Shown in pieces: positions 39,527-49,817 of a stretch of 64,000 bases of DNA. This stretch comes from an uncultured Bdellovibrio sp. Its GTDB lineage: Bacteria; Bdellovibrionota; Bdellovibrionia; Bdellovibrionales; Bdellovibrionaceae. The stretch lies in the NCBI GenBank assembly GCA_963932905.1, contig CAWVRN010000001.1, forward strand, positions 96,001-160,000. The letters run 5' to 3'. The notes below the pieces were generated by a model, which was not told the origin of the DNA, did not search any database, and saw only the letters and a program-made list of their open reading frames with translations. The position numbers and the translations under genes were made by a program. Numbering within the stretch: position 1 is the first letter of the stretch; each line of letters opens with the position of its first letter.

Positions 39527-39877
39527 TCATTTTGGGATTAATTGGCTTGCACCTGAGTGTTTGAACCAAGTTTTTTCTGAAAATATATGAGTTAGAACAA
39601 CCCCCACCAACAGCACTATGGTTCCGCAAAGGCCCAAGAGAATCCATGCCTTGGTGTCGTCTTCAAACGGGGCTAAATAAATCGCTGTCAGGACAACTCC
39701 GACTACTGCAAATACAAATATTTGAAGCGCAAAAACAACCAATAGCGCACCAACAATACTTGTCCGAACCGCTTGCAGAATCTTAAGGTACATTAATACA
39801 CCCCTCTTCTTAGATTCCTGAATCAAGCGATGACCTTCAAATATTTTTAATAGAATAGAAAGAACGTTAAATATCAT
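39527..39877 (-). CDS. Two-TM membrane protein (YqjE/holin-X-like position)
   Basis: Two hydrophobic helices; ATGA overlap with the upstream YqjD-like gene. Confidence 0.55.
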   Translation of the reverse strand: MIFNVLSILLKIFEGHRLIQESKKRGVLMYLKILQAVRTSIVGALLVVFALQIFVFAVVGVVLTAIYLAPFEDDTKAWILLGLCGTIVLLVGVVLTHIFSEKTWFKHSGASQLIPK

Positions 39878-40170
39878 TTATCTTTTCGCCCTAAAAATAT
39901 TCCGAGGAAAAATGCAATCAAACCGACGACTCCGATTACAATCCATGGATTTTCTTTCACCTTGGTTTCCACTTGGTTTTTCTTGGCCTTGGCTTCCTGT
40001 TCTACTTTGTTTTTAATTTCGTCAAAGTAGGGACGCATGTCTTCTAGAGCGCTTTTAATTTCTTCGTAATCTTTTTCAATATGCTCGCGAATTTTCTCTG
40101 TCTTTGACTGTGACATAGACTCTAGCTTAGCAATCGCTTCTGACAATGAATTGATTGATTCTTTAGACAT
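39874..40170 (-). CDS. ElaB/YqjD (DUF883) family tail-anchored protein
   Basis: Coiled coil then VKENPWIVIGVVGLIAFFLGIFLGRK; AAGGAG SD. Confidence 0.85.
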   Translation of the reverse strand: MSKESINSLSEAIAKLESMSQSKTEKIREHIEKDYEEIKSALEDMRPYFDEIKNKVEQEAKAKKNQVETKVKENPWIVIGVVGLIAFFLGIFLGRKDK

Positions 40171-40250
40171 GGTGGCGCTCCTTATAACAGAACATTATCG
40201 GTCGGTTTAACCAAAATACCAACTAGACTTTCATATAGAGATTGGCTTAA

Positions 40251-41372
40251 ATGAATCTTAATTACCAGGATGCGAATATGATCACAGACTACAAAAATAA
40301 ATTTCTTAAATATTATGAAGAAAATGAAACCAAGCTCGACGTAATTGTTTTCGTTGGCGGTTTTATTTTCGATATTATTACAATGTCCGAAATTGACGAC
40401 GTGTTTTCTATATTTCAGCAAATCGTCTACCTGGGAATCATTTTTACTATTTTGTACTATGAAATTTTATTCCGGCGATTCAAATGGAAGCCTGGGCCAA
40501 AAACCGCACGCGTATGGGAATACCGAACCTTGATCCTACATTTCATTCTCGGTTCACTATTAAGTCTGTATTCGTTGTTCTATATTAAAAGTGCATCCGT
40601 ATTACATAGTTTATTGTTTTTAGGTGTTATGCTTTTGGTTTTGTGTGCAAATGAATTACCAGGCGTAAAAAAATCTAACATCAGTATTAAAGCCGGGATG
40701 TTTGGTGTTTGTATTTTTTCATTTTTCTCTATTCTGTTTCCTATTGTTCTTGGCTTTGTGGGTTGGACACCACTAGCCTTAGCGATTTTAGCCACCGGCG
40801 GAGTGTTTTATGGAATGTACCGACTGTTGTTTAAAAAAATTCCGGATCACTATTCCTTAACCAAAGTCGTCCTTGCACCAGCAGGATCGGTTATCGCATT
40901 ATTTTTAGTTTTTTATATTATGGGATGGATTCCGCCGATTCCTTTAAGTGTTGTTGAACAAGGAATCTATCACAACGTTGAAAAACAAAATGGCGAATAT
41001 CTTTTATCAACCGAACGACCGTGGTGGCGATTCTGGCATTCCGGCGACCAACGTTTCGTAGCTCGCGCAGGTGATAAAATCTTTTACTATGCCCAGATTT
41101 ATTCACCTACTCGATTTCAAGATCAAATTTACATTCAATGGTCACAAAAAAATCATAAAGGTGATTGGATTTCTGCGGATAAAATCCCGCTCCAGGTCGT
41201 GGGCGGTCGAAAATCAGGATTTCGTGGCTATGCTTTTAAAGCCAACTACCAACCAGGAGAATGGCAAGTTCATGTGTTGACCAGTCATGGACAAGAAATT
41301 ACCCAAATGAGTTTTGATGTGGAAAGCTCGGCATCAACCGAGCCTCGTGAATTTATGATCGTAAGAAAGTAG
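40251..41372 (+). CDS. DUF2914-domain membrane protein
   Basis: FVGGFIFD, multiple TM helices, WIPPIPLS, C-terminal GGRKSGFRGYAFK...PGEWQV; start may be ATG 40278. Confidence 0.78.
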   Translation: MNLNYQDANMITDYKNKFLKYYEENETKLDVIVFVGGFIFDIITMSEIDDVFSIFQQIVYLGIIFTILYYEILFRRFKWKPGPKTARVWEYRTLILHFILGSLLSLYSLFYIKSASVLHSLLFLGVMLLVLCANELPGVKKSNISIKAGMFGVCIFSFFSILFPIVLGFVGWTPLALAILATGGVFYGMYRLLFKKIPDHYSLTKVVLAPAGSVIALFLVFYIMGWIPPIPLSVVEQGIYHNVEKQNGEYLLSTERPWWRFWHSGDQRFVARAGDKIFYYAQIYSPTRFQDQIYIQWSQKNHKGDWISADKIPLQVVGGRKSGFRGYAFKANYQPGEWQVHVLTSHGQEITQMSFDVESSASTEPREFMIVRK

Positions 41373-41380
41373 GACAGCTA

Positions 41381-43984
41381 TTAAAAGCTAGGTCCTACTA
41401 CTGAAATTACTGAATTTTGTGAAAATATTTTCTGGCTTAGAGCCTGAACATCTTCTGCCGTTACTTCAAAATAACGACTTGATGACTTAAAGGTTTCATC
41501 CGCGTCCAGTCCGTACACAACGTCGAACAAAATGCTGTTACAGATGCTACCTTTACGTTGCAAATCAATATCGTTTCTACCTGCAAGGTAACGTTGTGAT
41601 CGGACCAATTCATCTGCGCCAACTTTTGTGTTACATAGTTTAGCAAATTCGTCCTTAATCATTTGAATCGCTTTTTTAGATTTCTCAGGCGAACAACCGA
41701 TGTAAGCTCCAAAATAACCCGTTTCAATACCCGCCATTTTCAAAGGCGATACGGAATAGGCTAAGGAATTTTTATCGCGCAGTTCAAAAAACAGACGACC
41801 ACCCTGTCCCGCCAAAATTGACTGAATAACATCCAGTGTGTAGCGTTCTTCGTCCTTAAAACTTAAACCACGATAGCCCACAATAATATGTGATTGTTCC
41901 TTTTTAAGTTCTTTAAACGAAAACTGATCGGAACCTACCTTGCTCAAACCGGAAACATTTTCTTGTTTTTTACCCTCTGGCATCGCAGTGATTAACTGAT
42001 TCAAATTATCCACAAGATTTTCTTTGTCGAAATCACCCACCGCGCAGATCGCAACATTTTTGTAATTAAAAATCCTTTTGTGGTAATCCAACATCGTGTC
42101 ACGCGTAATTAAATCTAATGAGTCGTTCGTTCCTAACACTTCTCTAGAATACGGATGATTGGGGAACATCATCTTCATAAATTCTTTTATGCAGACCTGT
42201 GAAGGATTATCATTTTGCGATTGAATTTGGTTTTTTTGAATTTGTTTTTCACGCTCGATGATTTTTGCGTCAAACGTAGGTGACTGAACAGTGTCAGTGA
42301 TCATCGACATCATATCTTTTTGGAATGTCGATAAAAATTCGCCCGAAATACCAACCGTATTACGTCCAGAAAAACAACTCATGGATGATGCTAGTGTATC
42401 TAGTTTCAAATTGATTTCATTTTCTGTGAGGTTTTTTGAGCCCGCTGGCCACACGCGCGAATACAGTTCTGATAGACCTTCTAGTTTTTCACCCTCGATG
42501 CGCGTTCCACCCAGGAAGGCCATCTTAATACTGCAAGTAGGTGTCTCTCGTTGTTCGCGTAAGTACAACGTTACGCCTTTATTTAATTGGATTTTTTCTG
42601 TTTTTGGCGATTTTGCGGCTAAATCGTGTTTGAATTTCAAAGTCTGAATTTTCTTCGGCTTCTCTTTTGGCTTTGTATGTACGCGTTTTTTATCTTTCAG
42701 AGCTTCTTTCAAATCTTTCATGAACTGGACGATGACTTTTTTTACATCGGCCTCGGCACGCTGAGAGAGTACTGCAATGGTAATCTTCTTTGGATCAAAA
42801 TATTTTTTAGCTAGTTTGACAATATCGGCTGGCTTAACGGCATAAATGGCGGCTAGATATTTTTTGAAATATTCGCTATCATCCATGAAAAATTCTTGCG
42901 AACCGGCTTTGCGCGCCAACCCGTCCACAGTTTCCACTGAATAAATTTGCTCGCTTGCAATATTGGTTACTGCTTTTTGAATTTCAGCAAACGATGGCGG
43001 GTTATGGTAAATTTCGGCGATTTCATTTACCAGAATAGACAAATATTTTTCTAAATTTGCTGGTTGCAGACTACCCGAGAAGGCCACCAATCCTTCATCT
43101 TGCGGAGTAAACGTAAATGCACCAGTACCATTAACTATCGCTTCCTCAATTCTGAGTTTGTGCACCAAGCGCGAACTATCGCCCTGGCCAAGAATCAAAC
43201 TTAGAACATCTAATCCAGGAATGTCTTTGTGCTTAACGTTAGGCGCTTTAAATGCCACGTATGTCAGTGTTTCTTGGAAATCAGATTTTTTAATTGTGAT
43301 GGCCGGTTTCGTCTGCACAGGTTCTTTAATCCGTTTTACTTTTTTCACTTTGAAGTCTTTGAATTTTCCAAAATATGATTCAACTTCTTTCTTCATTTCA
43401 GCGGATTTGAAATCACCGGAAACCACAAGAAACATGTTTCTAGGAACGTAACGACTTTCAAAATAATTCTTAATTGTCTTTGTTGAAACTTTGCGAATAT
43501 TGTCCGCATAACCAATCACTGGAACTTTGTATGGATGTTTTTTATAAGCCGTAGAGAATAACAATTGCCCAATTTGGCGCTGAGGAGAATCTTCTCCACG
43601 TTTAATTTCTTCAATCACAACCTCGCGCTCGTTATCAATTTCTGTTGAATCAAATGTCGGAAAACCCATCATTTGGCTGATAACATCTAGGCCTACACTA
43701 GCGAATTTTTTTGAAATCGTTACATAGAAGACCGTTTGGTCAAACGACGTGTAGGCGTTCAATTCACCGCCGGAGCCTTCTACAATCGCAGCGATTTCTC
43801 CGACTTTGAACTTCTCTGTGCCTTTAAACACCAGATGTTCTATAAAATGCGAAATACCCTCTTGCTTTTTGACCTCATCGGCACTTCCAGTTTTTACCCA
43901 CATTTGAACAGAAACTACTGGGGATTTATGACTTTCGATCAGAAGAACTTTTAAACCATTTTTTAGTTGAAATTTTTTGGACAT
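41381..43984 (-). CDS. M16 (pitrilysin/insulinase) zinc protease
   Basis: Inverted zinc motif HFIEH, NAYTSFDQT, EREVVIEE; duplicated M16 halves. Confidence 0.93.
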   Translation of the reverse strand: MSKKFQLKNGLKVLLIESHKSPVVSVQMWVKTGSADEVKKQEGISHFIEHLVFKGTEKFKVGEIAAIVEGSGGELNAYTSFDQTVFYVTISKKFASVGLDVISQMMGFPTFDSTEIDNEREVVIEEIKRGEDSPQRQIGQLLFSTAYKKHPYKVPVIGYADNIRKVSTKTIKNYFESRYVPRNMFLVVSGDFKSAEMKKEVESYFGKFKDFKVKKVKRIKEPVQTKPAITIKKSDFQETLTYVAFKAPNVKHKDIPGLDVLSLILGQGDSSRLVHKLRIEEAIVNGTGAFTFTPQDEGLVAFSGSLQPANLEKYLSILVNEIAEIYHNPPSFAEIQKAVTNIASEQIYSVETVDGLARKAGSQEFFMDDSEYFKKYLAAIYAVKPADIVKLAKKYFDPKKITIAVLSQRAEADVKKVIVQFMKDLKEALKDKKRVHTKPKEKPKKIQTLKFKHDLAAKSPKTEKIQLNKGVTLYLREQRETPTCSIKMAFLGGTRIEGEKLEGLSELYSRVWPAGSKNLTENEINLKLDTLASSMSCFSGRNTVGISGEFLSTFQKDMMSMITDTVQSPTFDAKIIEREKQIQKNQIQSQNDNPSQVCIKEFMKMMFPNHPYSREVLGTNDSLDLITRDTMLDYHKRIFNYKNVAICAVGDFDKENLVDNLNQLITAMPEGKKQENVSGLSKVGSDQFSFKELKKEQSHIIVGYRGLSFKDEERYTLDVIQSILAGQGGRLFFELRDKNSLAYSVSPLKMAGIETGYFGAYIGCSPEKSKKAIQMIKDEFAKLCNTKVGADELVRSQRYLAGRNDIDLQRKGSICNSILFDVVYGLDADETFKSSSRYFEVTAEDVQALSQKIFSQNSVISVVGPSF

Positions 43985-44000
43985 AATCTAATACACTCCT

Positions 44001-45173
44001 ATGTCATTTGGCGTTTACGTGCACATTCCCTATTGTATTCAGCGTTGCACATACTGCGATTTCGCTACCTACGAGCAATCTAAGATTCTGCCTCCGACCG
44101 ATTACACTCAGCTTTTGCTTCGAGAGATTGACCTCAAGAAATCTATTTTTCTGCGTGGTAAAGAATCTCAATCAATTGATACTCTTTATTTTGGTGGCGG
44201 CACTCCCAGCTTATTTGCCATTAAAGATATTGTACAAATAATCAATGCCTTAGCAAGTGCTGGGTATCCGCTGAGTCCAGGCGCCGAACTCACAATGGAA
44301 TTGAATCCTGGCACAGTGAACGAAGAAAAACTAAATGAATATCTAAAGTTGGGATTTAATCGCTTTAGTGTTGGCGCGCAGACCTTTAATCAGGCTCATC
44401 TTAAACGTGTTCATCGTGAGCATTCCGTCAACGACACAATTGAATCTCTTAAATTGTTACAGCGATATAATTTAAATTATAATTTTGATTTATTATTTGG
44501 AATGCCTCATCAAACGATAGGCGAATTGGATCACGACCTTAGTCAAGCTTTGGAAATTCTTCCACCACATATTAGTCCCTATTATTTAACTGTTCCCGAA
44601 GGTCATCCGCTTTCTAAAAATCGTCCTTTAGAAGATGACCAAATGATAATGTTTGAACGTATCGAACATACACTTTCAAACAATGGTTATAACCGATATG
44701 AAATTTCCAATTATGCTCGTCCCGGCTATGAATCAAAGCATAACTATCTTTACTGGAGCGATCAAAACTATTGGGGAATTGGTCTTAGTAGCCATTCTTA
44801 TTTAAAATCTTCACCCGAAGCTCCTTGGGGAAATCGTTTTTGGAACCCGAACAATATTAAGATCTATCAGCAAGAAATCAACGATCTGCAACCACTAGAG
44901 CTACCAACCCAGCTAGCCGACATTTATTTCGAGACTTTAAAGGAAAATCAGTCATTGACTGACTTCTGCCACACGTCTTTACGCCGTGCTAAAGGACTAA
45001 TAAAATCAGATTTAGAGGCTAAATTTAGCGCGCTGTCCGTGGCCAGTGCGTATAAAGAATTAAACTCGTTACAAGAGCGTGGTTTGGTCCAGTCAACTGA
45101 GTTAGGGTTCACCCTTACCTCAAAGGGTAAACTGATCAGCAATTGGGTCTTTGAAAAATTGACTTTTACTTAA
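44001..45173 (+). CDS. hemW: Radical SAM heme chaperone HemW (HemN-like)
   Basis: YVHIPYCIQRCTYCDF, FGGGTPS, YEISNYA, HNYLYW. Confidence 0.9.
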   Translation: MSFGVYVHIPYCIQRCTYCDFATYEQSKILPPTDYTQLLLREIDLKKSIFLRGKESQSIDTLYFGGGTPSLFAIKDIVQIINALASAGYPLSPGAELTMELNPGTVNEEKLNEYLKLGFNRFSVGAQTFNQAHLKRVHREHSVNDTIESLKLLQRYNLNYNFDLLFGMPHQTIGELDHDLSQALEILPPHISPYYLTVPEGHPLSKNRPLEDDQMIMFERIEHTLSNNGYNRYEISNYARPGYESKHNYLYWSDQNYWGIGLSSHSYLKSSPEAPWGNRFWNPNNIKIYQQEINDLQPLELPTQLADIYFETLKENQSLTDFCHTSLRRAKGLIKSDLEAKFSALSVASAYKELNSLQERGLVQSTELGFTLTSKGKLISNWVFEKLTFT

Positions 45174-45245
45174 CCGTCCCCTAATTATCTCTATAGCTGT
45201 TTAGCCACGCCCAAATTGGGCTAATACACAATTTAAACGCATTAA

Positions 45246-45800
45246 ATGGAGATTATTTTGACATCCGACAAATCACCAAACTCTTCTGACACAAACTCTA
45301 CAGAAAACACGGCAGACAATGCTAACGGTGCAGCCCCTGAGTCTCTTGTCGAAAAATGGAAAGTAGAAGCTGAAAAGAGCAAAAACGATCTACTCTATAT
45401 GAGAGCCGAATTTGATAATTACAAACGTCAAGCCATTAAAGAACGTTCTGATTTACAAAAATACGGCGCCGAGCGATTTGTAAAAGACTTGCTGCCAATT
45501 TTAGATAATTTCGAACGGGCTCTATCTATGAATGTAACCGCTGAAAATTTTGCCACTTTCGTTAAGGGTATAGAGATGACATCCTCGGAAATTAAAACTT
45601 TGTTAGGCAAGCATTCAATCGTTGAGGTTCCAAGCGAGGGTCAACCATTCGATCCAGCCATTCATGAAGCATTAAGTGCTGAAGCGACTGATAAAGTTCC
45701 TCCTGGGCACATTGCACGTGTATTTCAAAAACCTTATAAATTTCACGACAAAGTGATCCGAACCGGACAAGTTGTTGTGGCTCAAAAAATGGATGCATAA
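45246..45800 (+). CDS. grpE: Nucleotide exchange factor GrpE
   Basis: [37 protein letters not shown]; alternative start TTG 45258 after GGAGA. Confidence 0.94.
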   Translation: MEIILTSDKSPNSSDTNSTENTADNANGAAPESLVEKWKVEAEKSKNDLLYMRAEFDNYKRQAIKERSDLQKYGAERFVKDLLPILDNFERALSMNVTAENFATFVKGIEMTSSEIKTLLGKHSIVEVPSEGQPFDPAIHEALSAEATDKVPPGHIARVFQKPYKFHDKVIRTGQVVVAQKMDA

Positions 45801-45802
45801 TA

Positions 45803-46795
45803 ATGGCTAAACAAGATTACTACGCATTACTAGGTGTTTCTCGTAGTGCTACGGATGACGAAATTAAAAAAGCGTATCGCAAGCTTGCGATTCAGTATCA
45901 TCCTGATCGTAATCCGAATGATAAAAAAGCCGAGGATAAATTCAAAGAAATTACCGAAGCTTATGAAACACTGGGCGATACGAAAAAGCGTGAAATGTAC
46001 GATAAGTTTGGTCACTCACAAGGCGGCAATCCGTTTGGTGGTGGCGCTGGCGGACCATTTGGCGGTGGTGCTGGTGGCGGTTTTGGCCGTACTTATTCTG
46101 GCAGCAACGGTGGCGACCCATTCCAAGACATATTTGGTGATGTGTTTAGCGAAGTCTTTGGTGCTAACAGAGCCGGCGGTCCGCGTGGACGACAGCGTAA
46201 TCAAAAAGGCGCGGATTTACGTTACACATTGAGTATTACATTAGAAGAGGCGGCAGCAGGCTGCGAAAAGGTAATTTCGTTTTTACGTAACACAGGAACT
46301 AAAGAAGAAAATGCAAAACTGGCTGTCACCGTTCCCGCTGGTGTAAAAGATAATCAAAAATTAAAATTAACTGGTGAAGGCGATGGTTCACCAACGGGAC
46401 AAGCTGGTGATTTATATGTGATTCTGCAAATTCAAGAACACTCATTATTTAAACGTGACGAAAACGACATCATTCTGGAGCTTCCCGTTTCTTACATCGA
46501 TGCGATTTTAGGGACTTCTTTAGAGGTACCAACATTAACCGGTCGAGTTTTAATTAAAATTCCTCCGGGAACCCACACCGGTCAGGCCTTACGATTAAAG
46601 GGTAAAGGTTTACCTAAGATGGGCGGCTTTGGCAGTGGCGATATGTTAATTAAAGTTCTGGTTGATACTCCACAAGAAGTTTCCGCTGCAGAAAAAGAGC
46701 TACTAAGTAAGCTATCTCAAACAGCGTCTGAGACACCTCTGATTAAAGAGTATAAAGAAAAGGTCCAGAAACTTTCTAAATACAGCAAATCATAG
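45803..46795 (+). CDS. Class B DnaJ-family co-chaperone (no zinc finger; CbpA-like architecture)
   Basis: J domain with HPD, G/F-rich region, DnaJ_C domain, no CxxCxGxG repeats. Confidence 0.9.
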   Translation: MAKQDYYALLGVSRSATDDEIKKAYRKLAIQYHPDRNPNDKKAEDKFKEITEAYETLGDTKKREMYDKFGHSQGGNPFGGGAGGPFGGGAGGGFGRTYSGSNGGDPFQDIFGDVFSEVFGANRAGGPRGRQRNQKGADLRYTLSITLEEAAAGCEKVISFLRNTGTKEENAKLAVTVPAGVKDNQKLKLTGEGDGSPTGQAGDLYVILQIQEHSLFKRDENDIILELPVSYIDAILGTSLEVPTLTGRVLIKIPPGTHTGQALRLKGKGLPKMGGFGSGDMLIKVLVDTPQEVSAAEKELLSKLSQTASETPLIKEYKEKVQKLSKYSKS

Positions 46796-46800
46796 CCTAT

Positions 46801-46831
46801 GGTGCGCTCGTTGTGGCGCGCCACTTCTTTT
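46801..46831 (+). terminator. Probable terminator after dnaJ-like gene
   Basis: GGTGCGCT/GGCGCGCC stem (with G-U pairs) followed by ACTTCTTTT. Confidence 0.5.
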
Positions 46832-46876
46832 GCCAAGCTCTTAGCTTGGCTTCTGATCATTCTAGATTCATACTAA

Positions 46877-48619
46877 ATGTCTATGAAACGATTGGCACTT
46901 GTAAATTTGGTTTTTCTATTAGGATTAGGTTGCGCATCGAATATCAAAACTCAGCGCCCTGAATTATCAACGCAAACACCGACGCAAACTTCTCCCACCA
47001 AAAAATCGACAGTAAAAAATGCTCCTGTTGCTATTGGTGGTCAAGCGGCAAAGTCTGATCCTAAAACAGAAATCGTTGCAGGTGATCCAAATACGGTTGC
47101 TAAACTACAAGCGGATGAAAATAAATTCGTTCAATTAGAAAAAGCAGGTTCTTACTGGGACGCATTCGGCATTGCATCTGGATTATCAACAACTCATACC
47201 GACGCTAAAAAATCGGACTACTATAAATCTAAAGCAATCGACATTCTGAACGCACGCTTAACTAAAGACCAATTGCACACGGTGGCTCGCTCTTCAGACT
47301 ATGGCTACTTACGTGGTTATGCTTTGTTTAGACTCGCAGAACTTGAACTCATGGCTAACAATATTGAAGAAAGTAAACGCTACTATCGTTCCGTGGTAGA
47401 ATTACTACCCGAAAGTGAAATTGCCATTTCATCTCAACGTGTGATCGCAGATATGGAGGCGACGGTTCGTGTGTCCGCACAGACAATCGGCGTGGTTCTG
47501 CCTTTGACTGGCAAGAGCGCCGCCGTTGGACAAAAAGTGTTACGTGGTCTTCAGCTGGGCTTAGGTACTCACCAAGGTTTTTCAAAATTTCGTCTGGCTA
47601 TCGTGGACAGTGAAGGTCGATCAGATCTGGCTCGGTTAGGTGTGGAAAAATTGGTTAAAGAAGATAACGTGATCGCGATCGTCGGCGGCGTCTTAAGTAA
47701 AACTGTCGGAACTGAATTGGCCATCGCCTCTGAATACAATGTTCCATTTATCTATCTATCTCAAAAACAAGGTTTAAATGACATTCACCCTAATGCCGTT
47801 CGAAATGCGCTAACTGCAGAAATGCAAGTTCGACATTTAGTAAGAACGGCAATGACAGAAATGGACATGCACGAATTTGCTATCTTGTACCCGAATGATC
47901 CCTACGGAGTCGAGTACGCAAATTTATTTTGGGATGAGGTTCTGGCGCAAGGTGGAGACGTAGTTGCCGCACAGACTTATGACCCGAAAGAAACAGATTT
48001 CCGACCGGTCGTGCAACGTTTAGTTGGCACGTACTATATCGAAGCTCGCAAAGATGAATATTATCAAAAATTGCGCACATTCAAACAATCACTAAAAGGC
48101 AAGAATGCGCGTGAAAATGTAAATACAGATGATTTACTTTCCCCAATACAAAACTTTGATGCGATTTTTATACCTGATCAAGCCCGCGTGATATCGCAAA
48201 TCAACGCGTTCTTAAATTATTCACGTGTGAAAGATACAAAAATCCTATCCACTAATATTTTAAATACTCCAGGATCAGCGAAACGTTTATCTTCGTTAAA
48301 CTATCCAATTTATTTTGCAGACAGTTTTATTTCAGAAGGGCCAAGCCAATCAAATTCTGATTTTGTTCGTGAGTACATGGGTTACTTCAACGAGTACCCC
48401 GCACAGTTTGAAATTGCGGCTTATGATTCTGGCTTAATCTTGCGTCAGCTTGTCTTGCAAGGCGTGTACACCAGAGACGATTTAGGAAAACAGCTGATGA
48501 AACTTAAAAAGTTTGACGGCAGTTTTGGCCCCCTTTCCACCACTTCAAATAAAGACCTTTTCCGCCCGTTGATGACTTTGACCGTCCAAAAAGGTGAAAC
48601 TGTTAAATTCAAAGAATAG
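46877..48619 (+). CDS. LpoA/LppC-like penicillin-binding protein activator lipoprotein
   Basis: Lipobox LGLGC, TPR-like N-domain, periplasmic-binding-fold C-domain (IGVVLPLTG, FDAIFIPD, AAYDS). Confidence 0.8.
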   Translation: MSMKRLALVNLVFLLGLGCASNIKTQRPELSTQTPTQTSPTKKSTVKNAPVAIGGQAAKSDPKTEIVAGDPNTVAKLQADENKFVQLEKAGSYWDAFGIASGLSTTHTDAKKSDYYKSKAIDILNARLTKDQLHTVARSSDYGYLRGYALFRLAELELMANNIEESKRYYRSVVELLPESEIAISSQRVIADMEATVRVSAQTIGVVLPLTGKSAAVGQKVLRGLQLGLGTHQGFSKFRLAIVDSEGRSDLARLGVEKLVKEDNVIAIVGGVLSKTVGTELAIASEYNVPFIYLSQKQGLNDIHPNAVRNALTAEMQVRHLVRTAMTEMDMHEFAILYPNDPYGVEYANLFWDEVLAQGGDVVAAQTYDPKETDFRPVVQRLVGTYYIEARKDEYYQKLRTFKQSLKGKNARENVNTDDLLSPIQNFDAIFIPDQARVISQINAFLNYSRVKDTKILSTNILNTPGSAKRLSSLNYPIYFADSFISEGPSQSNSDFVREYMGYFNEYPAQFEIAAYDSGLILRQLVLQGVYTRDDLGKQLMKLKKFDGSFGPLSTTSNKDLFRPLMTLTVQKGETVKFKE

Positions 48620-48757
48620 CTTATAAGCTCACTTATAGTCTGTTTCCGGCTTTTTTTAATTATTTTTCTCGTTCTTTAACCGACCGACAGGTCTGGTGCA
48701 TCTAACTCTCCGAAGGGCCTGATTATAGACCCAAAACTCTAAGAGCCAGGAGGGCTT

Positions 48758-49153
48758 ATGTCATTAGCAGCTACAGTAACAACACTAGTTAACAAAGAAA
48801 TTGTTGATGAGTGCAGAAAAAAACTAGTTCTTGCTAAGCAAGACCTGTTGAATCGTATGAAAATGTCGGCAGAGCGTTTCAAAGAAAACAACAAAAATGT
48901 AGGGGATGAAATCGATCAATCTGTCGCTCAACTGGAAGAGTATAATTTATTAATCAATCAAGAAAGGCTTCGCTTTCAATTGTCAGAAATTGAATTTGCG
49001 TTAGCTCGCATCGAAAAAAATCATTTTGGTGTATGTGAGGAAACCCTAGAGCCAATTGAAGAACAACGCCTACTAAGCATTCCATGGACTAGACTTAGTA
49101 TTGAAGGTGCCGAAATTCGCGAACGATATAAAAATCATTTTGCTCAAACATAA
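48758..49153 (+). CDS. DksA/TraR family regulator with single-Cys (Zn-free type) finger
   Basis: Tip GDEIDQS; GVCEETLEPIEEQRLLSIPWTRLSIEGAE (CxxT...SxxG); GGAGG SD. Confidence 0.85.
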   Translation: MSLAATVTTLVNKEIVDECRKKLVLAKQDLLNRMKMSAERFKENNKNVGDEIDQSVAQLEEYNLLINQERLRFQLSEIEFALARIEKNHFGVCEETLEPIEEQRLLSIPWTRLSIEGAEIRERYKNHFAQT

Positions 49154-49170
49154 GGAAAATAAAATAATCT

Positions 49171-49225
49171 GACATGAACTTAACGGCCCTGTTATGGTTT
49201 AATTCCATCGCGTTAAGTTTGTGTT
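49171..49225 (+). other. Long stem-loop between the two dksA-like genes
   Basis: GACATGAACTTAACG/CGTTAAGTTTGTGTT 15-bp stem (G-U pairs on + strand) with inner ATGG/CCAT helix. Confidence 0.6.
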
Positions 49226-49328
49226 GAATAAATAATCAAATTCATTTTTTTGATGACACCCAAATTCTTCTCCGTATTATTCAGCCTTGTTTCAGCGGCC
49301 TATAGCATTTTTCAGACAAGGGGAAAAA

Positions 49329-49817
49329 GTGAAAAGTTCAGTTATCGTTGAAAAAAAGGGAATTACTAAAAAGACTAAAACGGACAAGTCTCAAAATGTC
49401 GGCAGCGCAACACAAACGGGTGAATCAAGCGTGGTAACATCAACAGTAGATCAGGTAAGTTTAACAGATTTATTACCTACTATTAAAGAGTCATTGTTAT
49501 TTCAAAAAAGTCAGATCTTGAATCGAACGAACGAATTCAAACGTTCTCAGCAAGAATCCGTTCAACTTTCTGACGAAGCCGAAGTCGCTTCAAACGACTT
49601 AAGCAACAATTTATCAATTCATCTTCATGAGCGTTCTATGAAGGCCTTATTGGAAATCGATAAAGCTCTAAATAAAATCTCTCAAGGAACATACGGTGAA
49701 TGTGAAGGTTGCGGCGACACAATCAGCGCAAAACGCTTGCAGGCAAGGCCTTTGGCTCCTTTATGCATTTCATGCATGGAAGAACGCGAAGAAGAAACTC
49801 GCATTAAACACCAGTAG
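49329..49817 (+). CDS. DksA/TraR family regulator with C4 zinc finger
   Basis: Tip SDEAEVAS; YGECEGCGDTISAKRLQARPLAPLCISC; GTG 49329 after AAGGGG SD. Confidence 0.88.
   Translation: MKSSVIVEKKGITKKTKTDKSQNVGSATQTGESSVVTSTVDQVSLTDLLPTIKESLLFQKSQILNRTNEFKRSQQESVQLSDEAEVASNDLSNNLSIHLHERSMKALLEIDKALNKISQGTYGECEGCGDTISAKRLQARPLAPLCISCMEEREEETRIKHQ

Noticed and set aside
39527..39877. Holin-like protein as a prophage marker
   Set aside because: It sits in a yqjD-yqjE-like housekeeping arrangement, with no phage genes nearby.
45211..45234. TTAGC...GCTAA inverted repeat upstream of grpE as a CIRCE element
   Set aside because: It spans 24 bp and lacks the ACTC/GAGT arms of TTAGCACTC-N9-GAGTGCTAA (27 bp); no hrcA is adjacent. 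At most a small hairpin.
48690..48731. GGTCTG...TAGACC stem upstream of the first dksA as a riboswitch
   Set aside because: Only a 6-bp closing helix with no convincing inner structure or known consensus.
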